Source: Hydrolagus colliei (taxonomy: Eukaryota). From it: a stretch of DNA of 64,000 nucleotides. Both the position numbers and the translations under genes were made by a program. The stretch covers positions 14,260,001-14,324,000 of the forward strand of contig CM068749.1 of NCBI GenBank assembly GCA_035084275.1, in the 5' to 3' direction. The stretch's first letter is position 1; the number at the start of each line of letters is the position of its first letter. Of this stretch, positions 25,050 through 39,064 are shown one piece after another. The notes below the pieces were generated by a model. It ran no database searches. It had not been told where the DNA came from and saw only the letters and a list, made by a program, of their open reading frames with translations.

Positions 25050-25659
25050 TGGACTTCACTGCTGGATATTCCAGTACATTGTAATGTAATGGTAAACTGC
25101 ATAGCTACTATTATTATATTAATCCCTATTGTTGAATTAAGGATTCAAGTGATTCTCTTGGATTCAAATCATGACAGATCTATGAGACATTCATTTTATG
25201 TTTGCCGCTGATACTGCTGAGAAACATTTTCAGTACGCAGGCATCTTATCAGATGCCAATGTTTAAACCTGAAGCACCCCTCCCCCTACCCTACCCAATT
25301 GTTTCAGAGAACAAATCTTGTGAAATTTTGAGTTTGGATAGGCGTTGAATGGTGCACAATTCTTGTATCTCAAGAAAAATGTTTTTTTTCACTTTGATAA
25401 ATAAATCACTAAAAGATTAGCATCTCAACAATAGATCAATAGATAAATAGATAAGGGCATGATCTTCACATCAACAATTTGGAAGAGGATCCTCAATCTA
25501 TAATGGACGTACCAAAAAATGACTAAAGACCTGTGTTTTGACAGATTTGAAAACATCAAGATATCATTCAGCATGTGTCAGTAATCAAGGCAGACCTTTT
25601 CTCAATTAATCTTAAGATGATCCTTATTGTTCCGAACTTGGCTCTGCAACTCTTAAATT

Positions 25660-26045
25660 AACAACAAAATTACACTTGTATAGTGTCTTTCACATCAAGA
25701 GGACGTCCCAAGGCACTGGACAGTCACTGTTTCAGAAACGAGCTGGGGTCGGGAATGGGGTGGTGGAGAGAAAGGGGGGGATTTGGGGTGACTGATGGGA
25801 CCATCGAAGTGGAGAGTCTTGAGGCAGGACTTAAAGGAGACTAGGGAGGGGCGAGGTGGAGGGACCACAGGATGGAATTCCAGAGGTTGGGGGCAGAGTG
25901 GCTAAAAGCTCACCCATCAATGCTGGAGTGGGTGGGTGGGTCAGAGGATATGCAGTAGGTCGGAGCCTGCTGAGTGGAAGCAGTGGGCAGGTTGGTAGGG
26001 GGTCAGAAGTTCACAAAGTTAGGACAGGAGTGGTCCTGGAGTCAA
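25660..26045 (-). mobile_element. L2 LINE 3' end
   Basis: Reverse complement carries the L2 tail and the ggaattccagaggttgggggcagagtggct / gtcttgaggcaggacttaaa segments (APNLWNS..., FKS.LKT). Confidence 0.8.
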
Positions 26046-28203
26046 ACGTAGAGGCAGAAAGATAGAATTAACCTGAATAAACACAACATTCTTAGTAGGG
26101 ATGGCATTTTGGCTTTTGAAAGATAACATTCACTTTATTACTCACAGTATCTAATAGCCTAATGCCATCACTACCAAGTTTATTGGGTTTATTCAGATTC
26201 ATTTTCTGATGTTCCTGTTTTCCTACTATGTACCACAGCCGGATATCTGAAAGCAAGCATCACTTTAGATTTGTGAATGGCAAACATGTATAGAACATGT
26301 GGGACATCATTTTCCTGAATGTGATGGACAGAGTTGTGTTTTATAGAATAAATTATGTATTGTGCCAAAAATAATTTTGTGAATACAGTACTAAAATTGG
26401 CTATCCTTTGTGGGGTTCAAAGATTGATAGGTTGCCACTGCCAAAAGTACAAATGCACATAAATCTGTCAAAACAAGTCATTCATTGTGAGATTCCAATA
26501 GGCAACAGAGACAAAGATTGTGATTACCATGACTGTAATTTACAATCAACCTTAAACACTTTTGTTTGCTACTTTCTAAAGACCATGGGAACACTCAACA
26601 TTGTTTTCTATTTATACCATCTTAAAATGTTTGTTTTCTCCCATTTCCGATTTGCTCCCTTTCAGAAAGAATTGGGTTCTATTGATTGTCTTGTGTTTCC
26701 ATTTGCATCCACACTGATATTAAAATGAGTTTAAGGCTTAGGAAAGACATTTAAAAATACCACGTGTTGCTGACGAAGGCAAACATTCATTAACCCTAAA
26801 CAATGTATTTGCAACTGGTCACAGCTGTCTTAAACCAAAAAATTGCTTTCTGGCAAACATCTTCATTTGCTGTATTTGATGAATTTTAATGCAAATATTG
26901 AAAGGGCTTTAGAATAAAGACACTTTGCAGCCAGCTGCTTGTCACTAATGGTACCAAAGCTCATTCAGTGTCCTCCCTGCATTGTAATATTGGTTGTACA
27001 AATGATCTTAACTCTGATACAAAACAACCCCACAGCAAAACAAAAACAACTTGAATTTGCTTGACAAAATCACTGGAAACCCTTTCATTTGCTTGGGATT
27101 TTGTTGAAATTTAGCTATTTGATATACTATGTTAAAATTACAATGTGACCATGTCAGCTGGTAGGGTAGTATCAGTATGCGTTTTGAAACCATAATGAGA
27201 GTGAAATTTGAGGCCACGATAACTTCCTAGGATTCTAGCTCTTTTTAAATTGATTTCCATGCTATGAAAGGCGTCCTTTCAATCAACATAGGCAGCTTTT
27301 TTGTCTTCTTGCTTGGAGCAAGAGACAGGATTTTATCTTTTGCCCTTCATTTGCAGTGATCAACTTGGGGCCATGTAAAAGGTAAAAACTCCCCCTTTGC
27401 CTTATTATTTCCGTTCAACAGATGCTCCTTATTCAAGACCCTGCCATTTCAGCCTTTTAGTTAACATTAAACTAAAGTGCAACTCATTGCAGCCCCGTGC
27501 AAAGAAATGAAGACTTCAGAGGCATAACTATTCCTTTAAGGTGTGAAATTAGGTAGAAAGGAAAAATTGATTCATCACTGTGACAACCTGAACACTGGGA
27601 ATTACTTTCTTGCGCATATAATTTAAAAGATCAATAAGATGAATATATAAAGGCAAGTGCTATTTACTGTAGCAGTAAAAGTAATATCAGGTGTGACGTG
27701 TTGTGCATTTCAAACTTAGCTTTGTTTATCGTCCCTGAAACCCTCATAGTGGAAAAGCTAAAGAGGCTTGTGTCAGGGTCACTCTAGGTGTGTTTATCAC
27801 ATTGTCAGTACATTAGAAGTTACATTATAACTTAAAATGACCACATTATTATCTAATCCCAGAGAAGTGATAAGACTACCTATTTTACAGAAATAGAAGT
27901 TGCGCTTGATGAAATACCAAATTTATTGCTAAGAATTCCAAGATAATATGGAAGATTTGTCCTTCCTGAAAATTGAACTTTGTTGTTACAAACAAAAATG
28001 GTCTGTACCTCGCAAGCAGTAAAAAAAAGTCTTCAATCACCTATTGTACTCAAAGTTGTAATATTCTTAATCCCATTACCAATATTTTCTTCTAAAACTA
28101 TTATTAATCCCCCCAAAAGGGGGCTGAGAGCATAATTTGGAAAATTTATTAATAGGAATTTAATGAGTAAATATGAGTTGTACAATATCATTCCATTCCA
28201 GTG

Positions 28204-28508
28204 ATAATAATAATCCTTGCATTTGATTTGGCACTTTTCACATCTCAAAGCGCTTCACAAAATATACTGTAAAGTGAATACACTGTATATTTTGTGGGTG
28301 AAACACAGCAGCCAATTGCACACTCAGCAGTGTTCCATAAACAGTCGTGGATTGAAATGACCAAATTATTACTGGGTTTTTTCTTGAGGGATCATTATCA
28401 TCCATGTAGAGTAAGGAAACTTGTTCAAGATTTCGCCCTGCCTGGAATTGAGCCCAGGTCTCTTGCTTGCAAGTTAAGTGCTCTAACCACTGAGCTACAT
28501 GATCCCAC
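28204..28508 (-). mobile_element. Full-length tRNA-derived Deu-domain SINE
   Basis: gtagctcagtggttagagcac...ttgcaagcaagagacctgggctcaattcc head, Deu core, (TTA)n tail. Confidence 0.9.
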
Positions 28509-30588
28509 GAGATATCCAATATGATATAACAAAAATATTATATTTTTACATCCACAGTTTTATGTCTGTGGGTTGATACGAATTGTAATGGGGGTTCCTT
28601 ATCCAGCAATCCTGTTTGAATTCCCAAAGCTGCCTCACAGCAGATATTGCATGTGGCAATGGAGTGCCATTTAGAGGCGTACCAGTGTAACTCAACTTAA
28701 AAAAAAATCTAAGTTATGCTAGTATCCCCAGAAACAGCACTCCCATAATATGACCTACAGACTGTGAGAATTAGCATATTACACAAGTCTGAATTTTCAC
28801 TACTGTATTTCTTAATGAGCACATCTTATCTCATCTTAGAAACACGGGGAACAAAACAAGAGCAAATACCTGCAGGATATTTACTGGTATTTTACCTTTG
28901 GTTCCTTTCCAGCATGAAACAAGCAATGAAAATCAGTCATCAACATTCCGTTCACTCAACATCTTTATGTTTATTAGACAAGGAAGTGAATCAGTATGAG
29001 AGAAGTGTTTCTGTGGTAGCTGAGTACTTTGCCAGGCTGAGCGATTAGTGGACCATTTGAAGGCAGATGCTATAAATTGCAAATAACCATAATGTATTAC
29101 ATAGGAAAAAAGTGATTACTCTAATTTTAAGTAAGACACTTGTGGCAATAATCCAAACATTAAACCTCTGAATCCTCCACCAGAGCAGTGTTCAGTCATC
29201 ACTGGTCCACGAATGTAATGTGACCTTGATCTTTGGAGTCTATGACAACAACATGGGTTTTAAAAAAAAATGCTGTTCGGTAAGCCTGTATTAGCTGCAA
29301 TGGATGAGGTAATTTGTCAGACTACAGCAAATTTCTGAGGTAAAAGGCCTAGGAATCAACCTGATAGGACAAGTTTGCTAGTACTCTTGGAGGTGATTTA
29401 TAATCATGGTTCTATGCTTCCTGCATAATGTATAAGCTCTGGGAATACTATTTCCATGGTCTTTCATAGCAGCGATGGATTTAATATGTGCTAAATAAAT
29501 GGCTATTTAGCTTGTTTGTACCAGCATCGTTATACCAGGTCGGACAGGGTCATCGCTGACCACGGAATTCAGCTATAATATGGAACTGATTATAACCATT
29601 TCATGGAGCAGGTCCATTATTCCACCTAGAAAGCCTCAAAACATCAATGTTATTAAAAACAATGTTCATTGTTTTATTAAAAACAATGCCATTTTGGTGG
29701 TGGTTTCCGCAGCAAGGTGTCAAGGGCACTAAAAATAATATACATCCCAAATTCCTGGTCTTTAATAGGCACTGCACTGCGATCTCACAGGGATCTTGTG
29801 GCCTTCAGATACAGTAACAAGCTCAAATGGAATAATTCAGGAAGGCTGTCTTTGAGTGATTTTAATCTTGAAACACAAACCAGCCTGGATTGCAACACAC
29901 ATTGTTCTTATGGTACGCTGTTTCATTTATTGCTAGTTTAGCATTAAAACCAAGTGGCGGAAAGAAATTTACAGCACAAGTCAATAAACTTAATGTTTTG
30001 GAAGATCTTGTGTACAGCCAAATTGATGAAACTTAACACCCAAAGTAATACATGATACAGACCATTAACTCAAACACCTCGTCTATTTATCTTTTCAAAT
30101 CCTATGTATTTAGAATACTGAAGTGGAAGCTACCAGTGAAACCCTGGGTTGTTCATTATTCTTGGGGTTTTAGTTATTTTACAGAACAGAATAAGCATTT
30201 CTGGTTTGTTTTGAAAGGAAATAATTGCATTTCCTGAACTTTATAAACTGCTAACTTAACTCCTGACACCTGGGAACCCATTAGATGTGTATCGTTTCAT
30301 GCATTTTCTGATGTAAGTTTTTATCGACACATAATAAACTAACCAAATTGCTCCACTTTAGAACACAACTCTTTGAAATGTTTTGAGATATCTTCTCAGT
30401 GTGAAAGAATGATCAATAAACCAAATGCAAGGATTATTTTTTTCTAAGTAATGTACAAACCTTTAATACTGCAAGACATTCAAAATAACTTTGACATCAT
30501 CTATATTGACATTGTTTCAGGTTGTTGGGTGGTACCTCCATCAATGCTAAGCATTTCCTCTTGAAAATCATTTCATTATCTTAAATAT

Positions 30589-30680
30589 GGGGTGGGGGTG
30601 GGGGTGGGGGGTGGTTGTGTGGGTGTACCATATATCTATCTATCTATATGTATATTTATATATATATATGTGTCTATACA
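30589..30680. repeat. (GGGGGT)n G-tract followed by degenerate (TA)n
   Basis: ggggtgggggtgggggtggggggtgg has four G-runs, followed by tatatctatctatctatatgtatatttatatatatatatg. Confidence 0.8.
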
Positions 30681-31304
30681 TACGGTAATTAGCATCGGTG
30701 GTAACTTTTTGGTCAGTGAGTGTTTATTTATTAATAATCCCACACATTTATCAATGAAAATTGCTCATATTAATGAGGAACAAAGCAACTGTTGAGATAC
30801 TCACTGTGTCCTTCTATACATTATTTTTCAAGCATCATTTGATATTTGCATTCAAACAAATTGAACACTATGTTCTTTACAACTGACTGTGATGTTTCCA
30901 AATGCGTGGCACATATCCATTGTATTGTTAATACTTGCTTATTTAATGTTGCGCTCACCTTGAAAGCCTTGCAGAAATTGTGATTTGAGACTTTGCTGCT
31001 AACATTAATTTCAACAAACTCCGGTCAATGCCGTATTGACCAGCTATGTTGAATTGCACACCACACAACCCCACTATCTTCACTGAATATAAATCACTTA
31101 AAACGACAGAGACACAGCCATTTAAGGCTGAGTTTTCTTTTCCTGTAACATCTTATTTCATTAGAAACATTATGCAGCTGGCAACACTGAGTATCGGGGG
31201 TGACATTTTCTAATGTTGTGACATTGACTAGATGCCTTATGACTTTCAAATAGGAATTTCAGAAAGATTAACAAGGTGCTTCAAGGAGATTATTATTTCA
31301 AGGA

Positions 31305-31410
31305 AATAAACAGTCAATCCACTTTACAGTATATTCTATGAAGTGCTTTGAGGCATCTAGAACCTGTGGTAGGGTACATGTGATAAATCCAACACTTATT
31401 ATTATTATTA
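31305..31410 (+). mobile_element. SINE 3' tail fragment
   Basis: cagtcaatccactttacagtatattctatgaagtgctttgag...ttattattattatta matches the 3' end of the 40659 SINE. Confidence 0.75.
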
Positions 31411-32694
31411 TAAATTACAGCAGGGGGATGCAATAAAGCCCACCATGCATTTGTCCTTTCTTTGCAATGTAAATGCCTTCCTGCCCGCAACTTTTAGGCT
31501 CTCTGACATTGTGAGTGAAAATAACAAACTATATTTTCATGAATTATCAATCTTTTAAAAAACAAACTGGGCAGCAATGCGTGGAATTAGTAGAAGGTGT
31601 GGGGCTCTACCTTCCCCAAACCAAGGAAGTGTGGTGAAGGTTGGTCCATGACATGGAAGCATGCCCAGCGGACCTTAGCGCAGAAGGGGACTCAAAATGA
31701 GCTCAGAGTTGTAATGTTACTTGTATTTCTTAGAATATCACAAAGAAATAGTGTACATTGTGTGCACTATTTCACTGCATCTCGTACCACAGAGAAGTGA
31801 CTGAGATGAAAAAAAAATGGCATTCTTCACTGCCGCAAACATTTAAGTTTCTCAAACTACATACCCGGGATTAGTAAATTCTAGCAACTTTAGTGTTACT
31901 TCACTCAATGCTATGTCACATATGGCATTGTTTACTTTGCACAGCCTGCTGTTGCTCTGTGAATTTCCAAAGAACGTCACAGTATTCCCGGGATTTAAAT
32001 AATTCTCTGCTAATTCTTGGTAAATTTACAAATCTTGGCAACATGCACATATTTTTTAAAAATCGTGTTATCAGCACACACTGACAAGCAGAGAATAAAC
32101 CCTAGAAATCTGCAAAATATAGTTAGTTAAATGTTACCAGGAGCTGCACAGGAAACATAGAGGAAAATGTATGCAGTCAATTCTGGAGTGGGTTGAATTA
32201 TATGTGAGATTCCTGTGTGAGAGAAATGGTTAACGATCATTTAGTGTTAAGGTTAGCATCCTGAGCACATGTTGGCTTGTCAGTTACACTCCAGATCAGT
32301 GGTTTCTGTTTGGTACTGACCTCAACATTGCTCTCTTTCTTTTTATCATTCCAATTGAATCAGAAAAATGAATCATTAAATTCAACCAGCAAAAGGGCAC
32401 TCGGCCATTAAAAGACCACTGTTCTTCAAAGAGCCTCTTGCACTTTTCTAATGTTTGACAAACATGTCTCTGATAAAACATTCTCTTTTTGAATATCATA
32501 TTCTATTAATGATTCAAGCCTGGCTCCCTGGATCACTTAATGATCAGGACCTACTTATTCCCCTGCAATCTTTGTGTTTGATTTGCTCAGAACATCCAAG
32601 ACCTGGGGCAATTATACAAAATGAAACTGAAGATGATCAATACCTTTGCTTCTTTAGTGCTGGTGGCATGGGAGTAGGAAGGAGAAACTGATTG

Positions 32695-32880
32695 CAATTT
32701 GCACTAAGCATTCAGTACCGCTGGCAAATTCCGAGGTCAGGATTGAACAGACACTAATGCTGCTGGACAACGGCAGATTGCGGCTGCACTCTCTAGCCTC
32801 TGGAGGACTCACGGGTGTCATCGATGAGTGTCAGAGCAAGGGCTTGTTCCTGACAGGGCAGTGGGCGAAGTGGGGAAGGT
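32695..32880 (+). mobile_element. Ancient LF-SINE-like fragment
   Basis: Ordered blocks caatttgcactaa, gaggtcaggattgaacagaca, ctctctagcctctggagg, cagagcaaggg, cagggcagtg..gtggggaag resemble the LF-SINE body as recalled from memory; no alignment was run. Confidence 0.3.
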
Positions 32881-34525
32881 TGGTCAGAGTAGAACAACCT
32901 GTGACAGGGTCACCCAGCCACATATCGAAACCAGGCAGGGGGCCATTCTCCCAATATTAGTGCTTTACTGACCTTGGGGCGCGCATTTAAAATGGGCTAT
33001 TAATTGATCATTTTACCATCAAGTGGAAAATATTACTTGCTTGTTGTCTAGGTCAGTAAATTTATCAACCAGCCAAGAATAACCCTCTAGGTTCCTAAAC
33101 CCAAAAGTCAGCAAATTTCTCGTTTGGGAGGTAATTTGTAAGTCTTCTCTATCTCCCTCTGTATTACCCTTAATAACCACACAAGCAAACACCAATATAG
33201 AGAAATGAGCCAAATGGCTTCCTACAATGTCAGGCATTTCTATTGTTTATGGTTTTGTGGTGAAGGTTTTGACAAAGATTTGGGAGACGAACCACAAGAA
33301 TTTATTGCCTCTCTCCATTGTTGCAAAATCTGTGGTTTAAATGAGTGTCACAACCTTGGAGACTGAGTCCTCATTGCTCTCAATGTGGGTACAGTTTAAG
33401 GATGTAAACAAGCAGAAATGTGAGGGATCCAGTCAAATAGAATGTTATCTCTCTGGCAGTTCTGATTGTTAAAAGGTGTACAGCTCCTTTATGCTCCCTC
33501 ACCCTCCTTTGTCCCTGTCATTCATCACTGTAACAGACTTGGCTATCAGCTAAATCCAACAGAGAGAGTATGTTGATATCTTGTCAATCATTGGGAAGCC
33601 TATGTAAGCAGTACTGTACTGTGTCTGCAGCATAATGTACTTTAATCTGAGTGAACATGATTTAAATTCAGTTGATACTAATGTTAACCTACATAAACCA
33701 AAGCGAGGCCTGAGGCTTTTGCCTTGAGATAGGCACAATATACCCTGAGCGATCTGCTTGTCTAAGTATAGCCGGTGGTTTATTCCATAAGCCAAGTGAA
33801 TTGTTTAGTTTCCATGTATTAATTCAAACAGCGGAAAATGTTGTATTATACTATGGGGAATTTTAAGCAAAACAACCCTGCTACATAAAAGATACCCTCG
33901 TTACATGATCTCTACATCAATACACATTATAAAGTGTAGAACCGGTTGCTGCCAAGGTATTGTATGTTGCACTCTCTGTAAATAATTAACAAAATATGCC
34001 ATGTTTTGCGGTTCAGTAAATAAACTTGTTTCCCAAACCATGTGTTTGCTATCCGAACTCAGGGAATAGGGTTCTGTGGAATACAAATAAGAGGAAGAAA
34101 TCATTAGTTGCTTCACTGATTGGAGCTTCCACATCAAAATATCACATTTACAAACTCAATAATTCCCTTCTTGCATCCATTCGGTAACTCACAGCATCAC
34201 CACCCTTTCCCTTAGGCTTCCTCACTCTTGCCCATTTTCATCCATGCCTCACTAAAGCAGCACATGCCACATTAACTCGCTGTTGAATCAAGTGTCAACA
34301 TTAGTGTTGCCGAGTCACATACTCTCACACGCACTTACAATGTTTCAGTCAACATTACATTCTTTAAGCTAAGGGATATTAGCTCTAGGAAATGGAACAC
34401 TTTCCCCTTCGGATTATTGCATTAATATTGAACATTCAGTTACAACTCAGGTACAACTCCCTTGACAGTGAACATTGGGCGACTATTCCACTCTGAGAGG
34501 GTTCAGAGTTAATAATCATGTCTTA

Positions 34526-34806
34526 TGTGGAGTCCTGTAGCTTGTGGAGTCCTGCAACTCAATGGTTAGATAATAATCCCTCAACTAAAAATGCCAGATA
34601 ATAATCCCTCAACAAAAAACAATAATAAAATTGGTCATTTCATTCCACAACTATTTGTTGGACACTGCTGTGCGCAATTGGCTGCTGCGTTTTGCCCACA
34701 AATATACAGTCAATTCACTTTACAACATATTCTGTGAAGTGCTTTGAGACATCTAGAAGATATGAAAAGTGCTATATCATATGCAAGGATTATTATTATC
34801 ATCATC
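34526..34806 (+). mobile_element. Deu-domain SINE with internal deletion and two micro-duplications
   Basis: Head start tgtggagtcctg occurs twice and agataataatccctcaac twice. The B-box region is missing; Deu core and tail are intact. Confidence 0.85.
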
Positions 34807-37800
34807 ATATATAGTACTCACCAATACCACACACTCACGTCTGAGTTTTTGGATGGAGTTCAGAAGCAGGGCTCTAACTGAATAGCACTAGTATTAAACT
34901 GAACCACAAAGCCACTATACACATTGTTGTAAGGAGTTCATTTCATAATTAAATAGGAAGAAAATACAGGTACATTAAAAGCTAGCTCACTAAATTGCTG
35001 TGAAAATTTTTCATTAGACATGGCCAACAGCTTTGGCTCTGCTATATAATATGCAAGGCATGCTTTAAAAGTCTTAATGCCAAAATTAAAATTAAATTTG
35101 AGTAACCAGTATAATCAAAGAGTTCTAATCTTTTAATCAGTCCACCTTATTAAGCTTTATTATTGTACCGTTCTACTGTGTTCTGATAGAGACTCCAGTG
35201 ATTGTTGTCTAACTGTGTCTGCACATTTTAATATTCTGGATAATATATCGCACTGTTACTAGAAGCTTCGAGCAACAATAAAGGGTGAGAAATGACCTTG
35301 CAACCTTAGTTTGACACATGCTGCAGAAGCTATTGCCCTCTGTTCAGCAGTTAGAAAAATATGAATTGTAAATCAGCTTTTAATTACACTGAATTAGATA
35401 AATACATCTCTCCATCATTAATTATTGCAATTCCCCATATTGTAAAAAATCTTTACCAATTATTGTGTTCAGCTTGGACAGAAAACTCGATGGCAAATAT
35501 CCAGGAGCCTTGTTTATTGTTTAGTCTTAACAAATAATGACAGTCTCTCCCGATAAATTAAATGGGGTTCGTTCATACGTGGCTACTATAAAACCAGAAT
35601 TATTCCTCTGAAAGCTGAATTTCCTTTTAAGAGTAAACACCTTCTTGTTTTTATGCTTCCTATCTCTTGACATCTCCTGCAACGATTGTATATTTTATTG
35701 CCACTGATTATAAATAGATTCAACCATTTGGCAGTACAGGGGCTAACTTTATTTGAACACACTGAAAGTACAGTACATGCTGAAAATTGGTCAGTATTTA
35801 CCTCAACTCTGTTTCTCAAATATGTGAATATCAACCAGAAATGGCTGAGCAGAATGTTTGTTAACATCCTAAAGTATTCAACCGAGACTAAAATAATAAT
35901 ATTCAGAATAAATTTCGAAACAGGCAGAAATTGTGAGCCATGTAGAAAGCATTTCAATTACTATACGGACAGCGAAAATGTTAAAAGCAATTGGGAATCA
36001 CAACTTATTTGGTATAGACCAGACAATGGGGCTTCACATTATCTTCTAATGCACTTCAGATGCTTATTTATTGGACACAGCTGAGTGAAAAATGTCCGAT
36101 GCTATCGCTTCCAAATACACGGGATCTGCAAACCAGCACAAATTCTGTGAACATGATATTTCATTGATATGATAGAGTGCTATATAAAATACAACGGTTA
36201 TTATTAATTATTAGTCTTTAATTATGTTCTGCATAAAAATATATTTTCTAATCTTTGCTTTCTTTTTGTGACAACCTTGGATTTGTACTCTCTGCCAATC
36301 AGTGAGTATTGTTATTTGCCTTGACATAACCCGTCTCATTCCTAATTTCTCCAGTCTCCAATTCCAAATTATTATTAAAAGCTCATTGAAAATGACACAT
36401 AGATATCTAGGGCCCAGCATTGCCTTGGAAACGGGTTAACAAGCCGCAATGCCGATCTCAACCTCACTACAGTGACATATACATTTTCACTCTCTGCGAA
36501 CGTTAGTTTCTGATACGCTAGCTCTGGACTAGAAAGGTCATTTTTATCATAATTTTATTTTAAAATGAGCTTAAAGCGAAGGTCATGGTATAAATAGCAC
36601 AGGAACATTGTCATCTATGAATTATGAGGTTATTCTCTACAGTGTAATATAAATCATAACATTTACTGTGGGCTAAGTCTCCTTTTTATGTTACAAGTGT
36701 AACAAAGTTTTAAAATTATGGTACACCTATTTCATAACTTGACCCATCTTAATTTTTTTTTACTTAATAGCCTCACAGTGATACTTCAGCAAAATATTGT
36801 TAATAAAATGTTTCCAATCAAACTGAAGTGGACAAATGTCAGATTTATCTACAAGATAATCCCAGACATTGGTGTTTCTTCAGTTAAGGCTTTCTTTAAA
36901 GTAGCAATGTACAGTGGTGAAGGCTAAATAAGTTATAGTCCATTTGTGGAAAAATACTAATTCATGGATATGCTACAATAACACCCTTTTACACATTATT
37001 GGTATGATTTTTGTAAGAGTCCCTGACCAATCCCTTGTGAAACTGTATGACTTATTGCCTGCCAAACAGTTTCCCATTGGTTATCCTCCTTGCTTCCTAC
37101 CATGTTCAATTCAACATACTAATTTGCCATTGCGTTCAATTAATTTAATAGTAACACATATTTTACTATTATCAAATGCCTTCTAAAATGTTATCACTAC
37201 TTTTGTTCTCTTGCAACTACCATATCATAAAGTACACGTTGCACGAATTGACAAAAAAAACTTTTGGACAGCTGTAGAAATTAAAATAAAGAACTCAAAC
37301 GGAAGAACGCATTCCAATTTTCTCTTCTGTCGTAAAGAAAAATAGTCCTAGTTCTGAAATTAATTTAGTAGAATAATCAAAAGCATCCTTTCCTGGATTT
37401 AAAACTGCAAGATGAAACTTTTGCAGTAGAATAACACAGCTGCTGCAGTTAACACGTCTATTGCAACCTGAAAGAAGGAATATAATGGTGATGATGTTTA
37501 ATTGTATTGTGACAATCGAGCACATTAACATGCTACATAAAAACCTTGAGTTGAGGAACTGACAAATAATCCAATTTCAGTTAAAAGCTGACCTGCTTCA
37601 GTAAACATTTCAGGACATGGCCACAGGAGAATAAGAAGGATAATACTGAAACATTGATTTATAAGATCTATTGCTGATTAGATCAAAGTCAAGCAATGTC
37701 ACAGAAGTAAGTGCGTTTTCTTCAATTGAAATTGATAAGGCATGAAATATGACCAATGCAGATAAACTAAGTGAACTGTTTATGTAATAGAAATAAATTC

Positions 37801-38709
37801 TAAAATAGATTTCATGTAGCTCTGTGCACAACTAGTTCAAATGAAATATTTTTCATTGTCATAACGACGGACTGCTATGTCATCGACATTACGGCACATT
37901 CAAAGAGAGTCTTATTGTGGACTGTTTTTAATGCAAATTTCGTTTTCAGGCAAAATTCAAATATCTCTGTGAAAAATGTAGTTCAGTCACAGAAAATCAG
38001 TACAACTTGGATGTATCAAAATAAATATTTTCAGGTGCCCACTAGATGGTATTCAGGATGTGTTTTATTAATAAGGCCTATAGCTCTCTTCTGTTCAGAC
38101 CAGTATTTCAGTTTGCTATGCTATCAATTACCAGCTGAACCGACAAGCTTTAGAAACCTGTTTGCTAGAGCAGATTGTATGCTCCACACAGTCAGCTCTG
38201 CATACAGACTGGAGATAATCAGTCAGGAAGGGCAGTGAAATTGAACACCTACAGTTCTTATGAGTAGTCAAATTATATTTTGTTGCTTAAAGGAATTTTA
38301 AGAAGATCAGAGGCGGAATGACGCCATCAACAATAGTTCAATGTAGTTCACTAGGCTATGATATCAAGTGAATAATTGTTAAACTTATAGCATTAAAAGA
38401 GAAAAATTTCTACTGTACTTTTTCTTTCTCTTGAAAGCCACAGTGATCAGATTCTGTCATTTTGGGGTAAATGTACAAAAATAAACTTTGGAGAAATAAA
38501 AATAGAAAAACCAGATCCATCATTATTTGAAGGATTGTGTCAGACACTTTGCCGAAAGTAAAACAGGGTGTACTGTTGGGGAGGAAGGCATGGAAGGATC
38601 TGTCACTCAGAGCCTAGAGAAGGGGATACATTCCTATTAATATTGCTGATTTTCGCCCTCCCATAGACGCAATAGACCAATTGTAGCAAACCATCTGCAG
38701 TGCAAACTG

Positions 38710-38868
38710 AGATATAGAGTAGATGGGTATTTGGGGAGGACAAGATTGCAAGGCTATGGAGAGAAAGCAAGTCAGTGGGATTTAGTTGGACAGCTCCTTT
38801 CGGAGCCGATGCAAACACGATGGGCTGAATGGCCTCTTTCTGGCTGTTTGATTGTATGATTCTATGAT
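38710..38868 (+). mobile_element. CR1 3' end
   Basis: ggctatggagagaaagcaagtcagtgggat...gatgggctgaatggcctc...tatgattctatg, homologous to 14620-14755. Confidence 0.85.
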
Positions 38869-38879
38869 GTGCTAACTTA

Positions 38880-38968
38880 GTGTGAACCAAGAATCAAACT
38901 GTATCCTTCTAACCTGTGTGGTACAATGCTACACTTGGCAGTGACGTTACCCAGTATGCTTTCAGGGA
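38880..38968 (-). mobile_element. Ancient tRNA-headed SINE 5' fragment (LmeSINE-like)
   Basis: gaatcaaactgtatccttctaacctgtgtggtacaatgctacacttggcagtgacgttacccagt resembles a reverse-complemented tRNA-derived head; very diverged. Confidence 0.3.
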
Positions 38969-39064
38969 ATATTTTTAGCATCATCCTAATGCATTTTGTT
39001 TATAACATTTCATGTCTTACTGGACAGTTTTCCTACAATGTTGCTCCTCAAACCCATCTGCTTT

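Noticed and set aside
26282-26302. p53-like paired CATG half-sites
   Set aside because: Several mismatches in the pyrimidine flanks; chance level.
35586-36084. Overlapping 123-aa and 132-aa ORFs
   Set aside because: AT-rich random-like composition, no motifs.
37295-37490. Minus-strand acceptor ttccttctttcAG with downstream open frame
   Set aside because: No convincing donor and unrecognised peptides.
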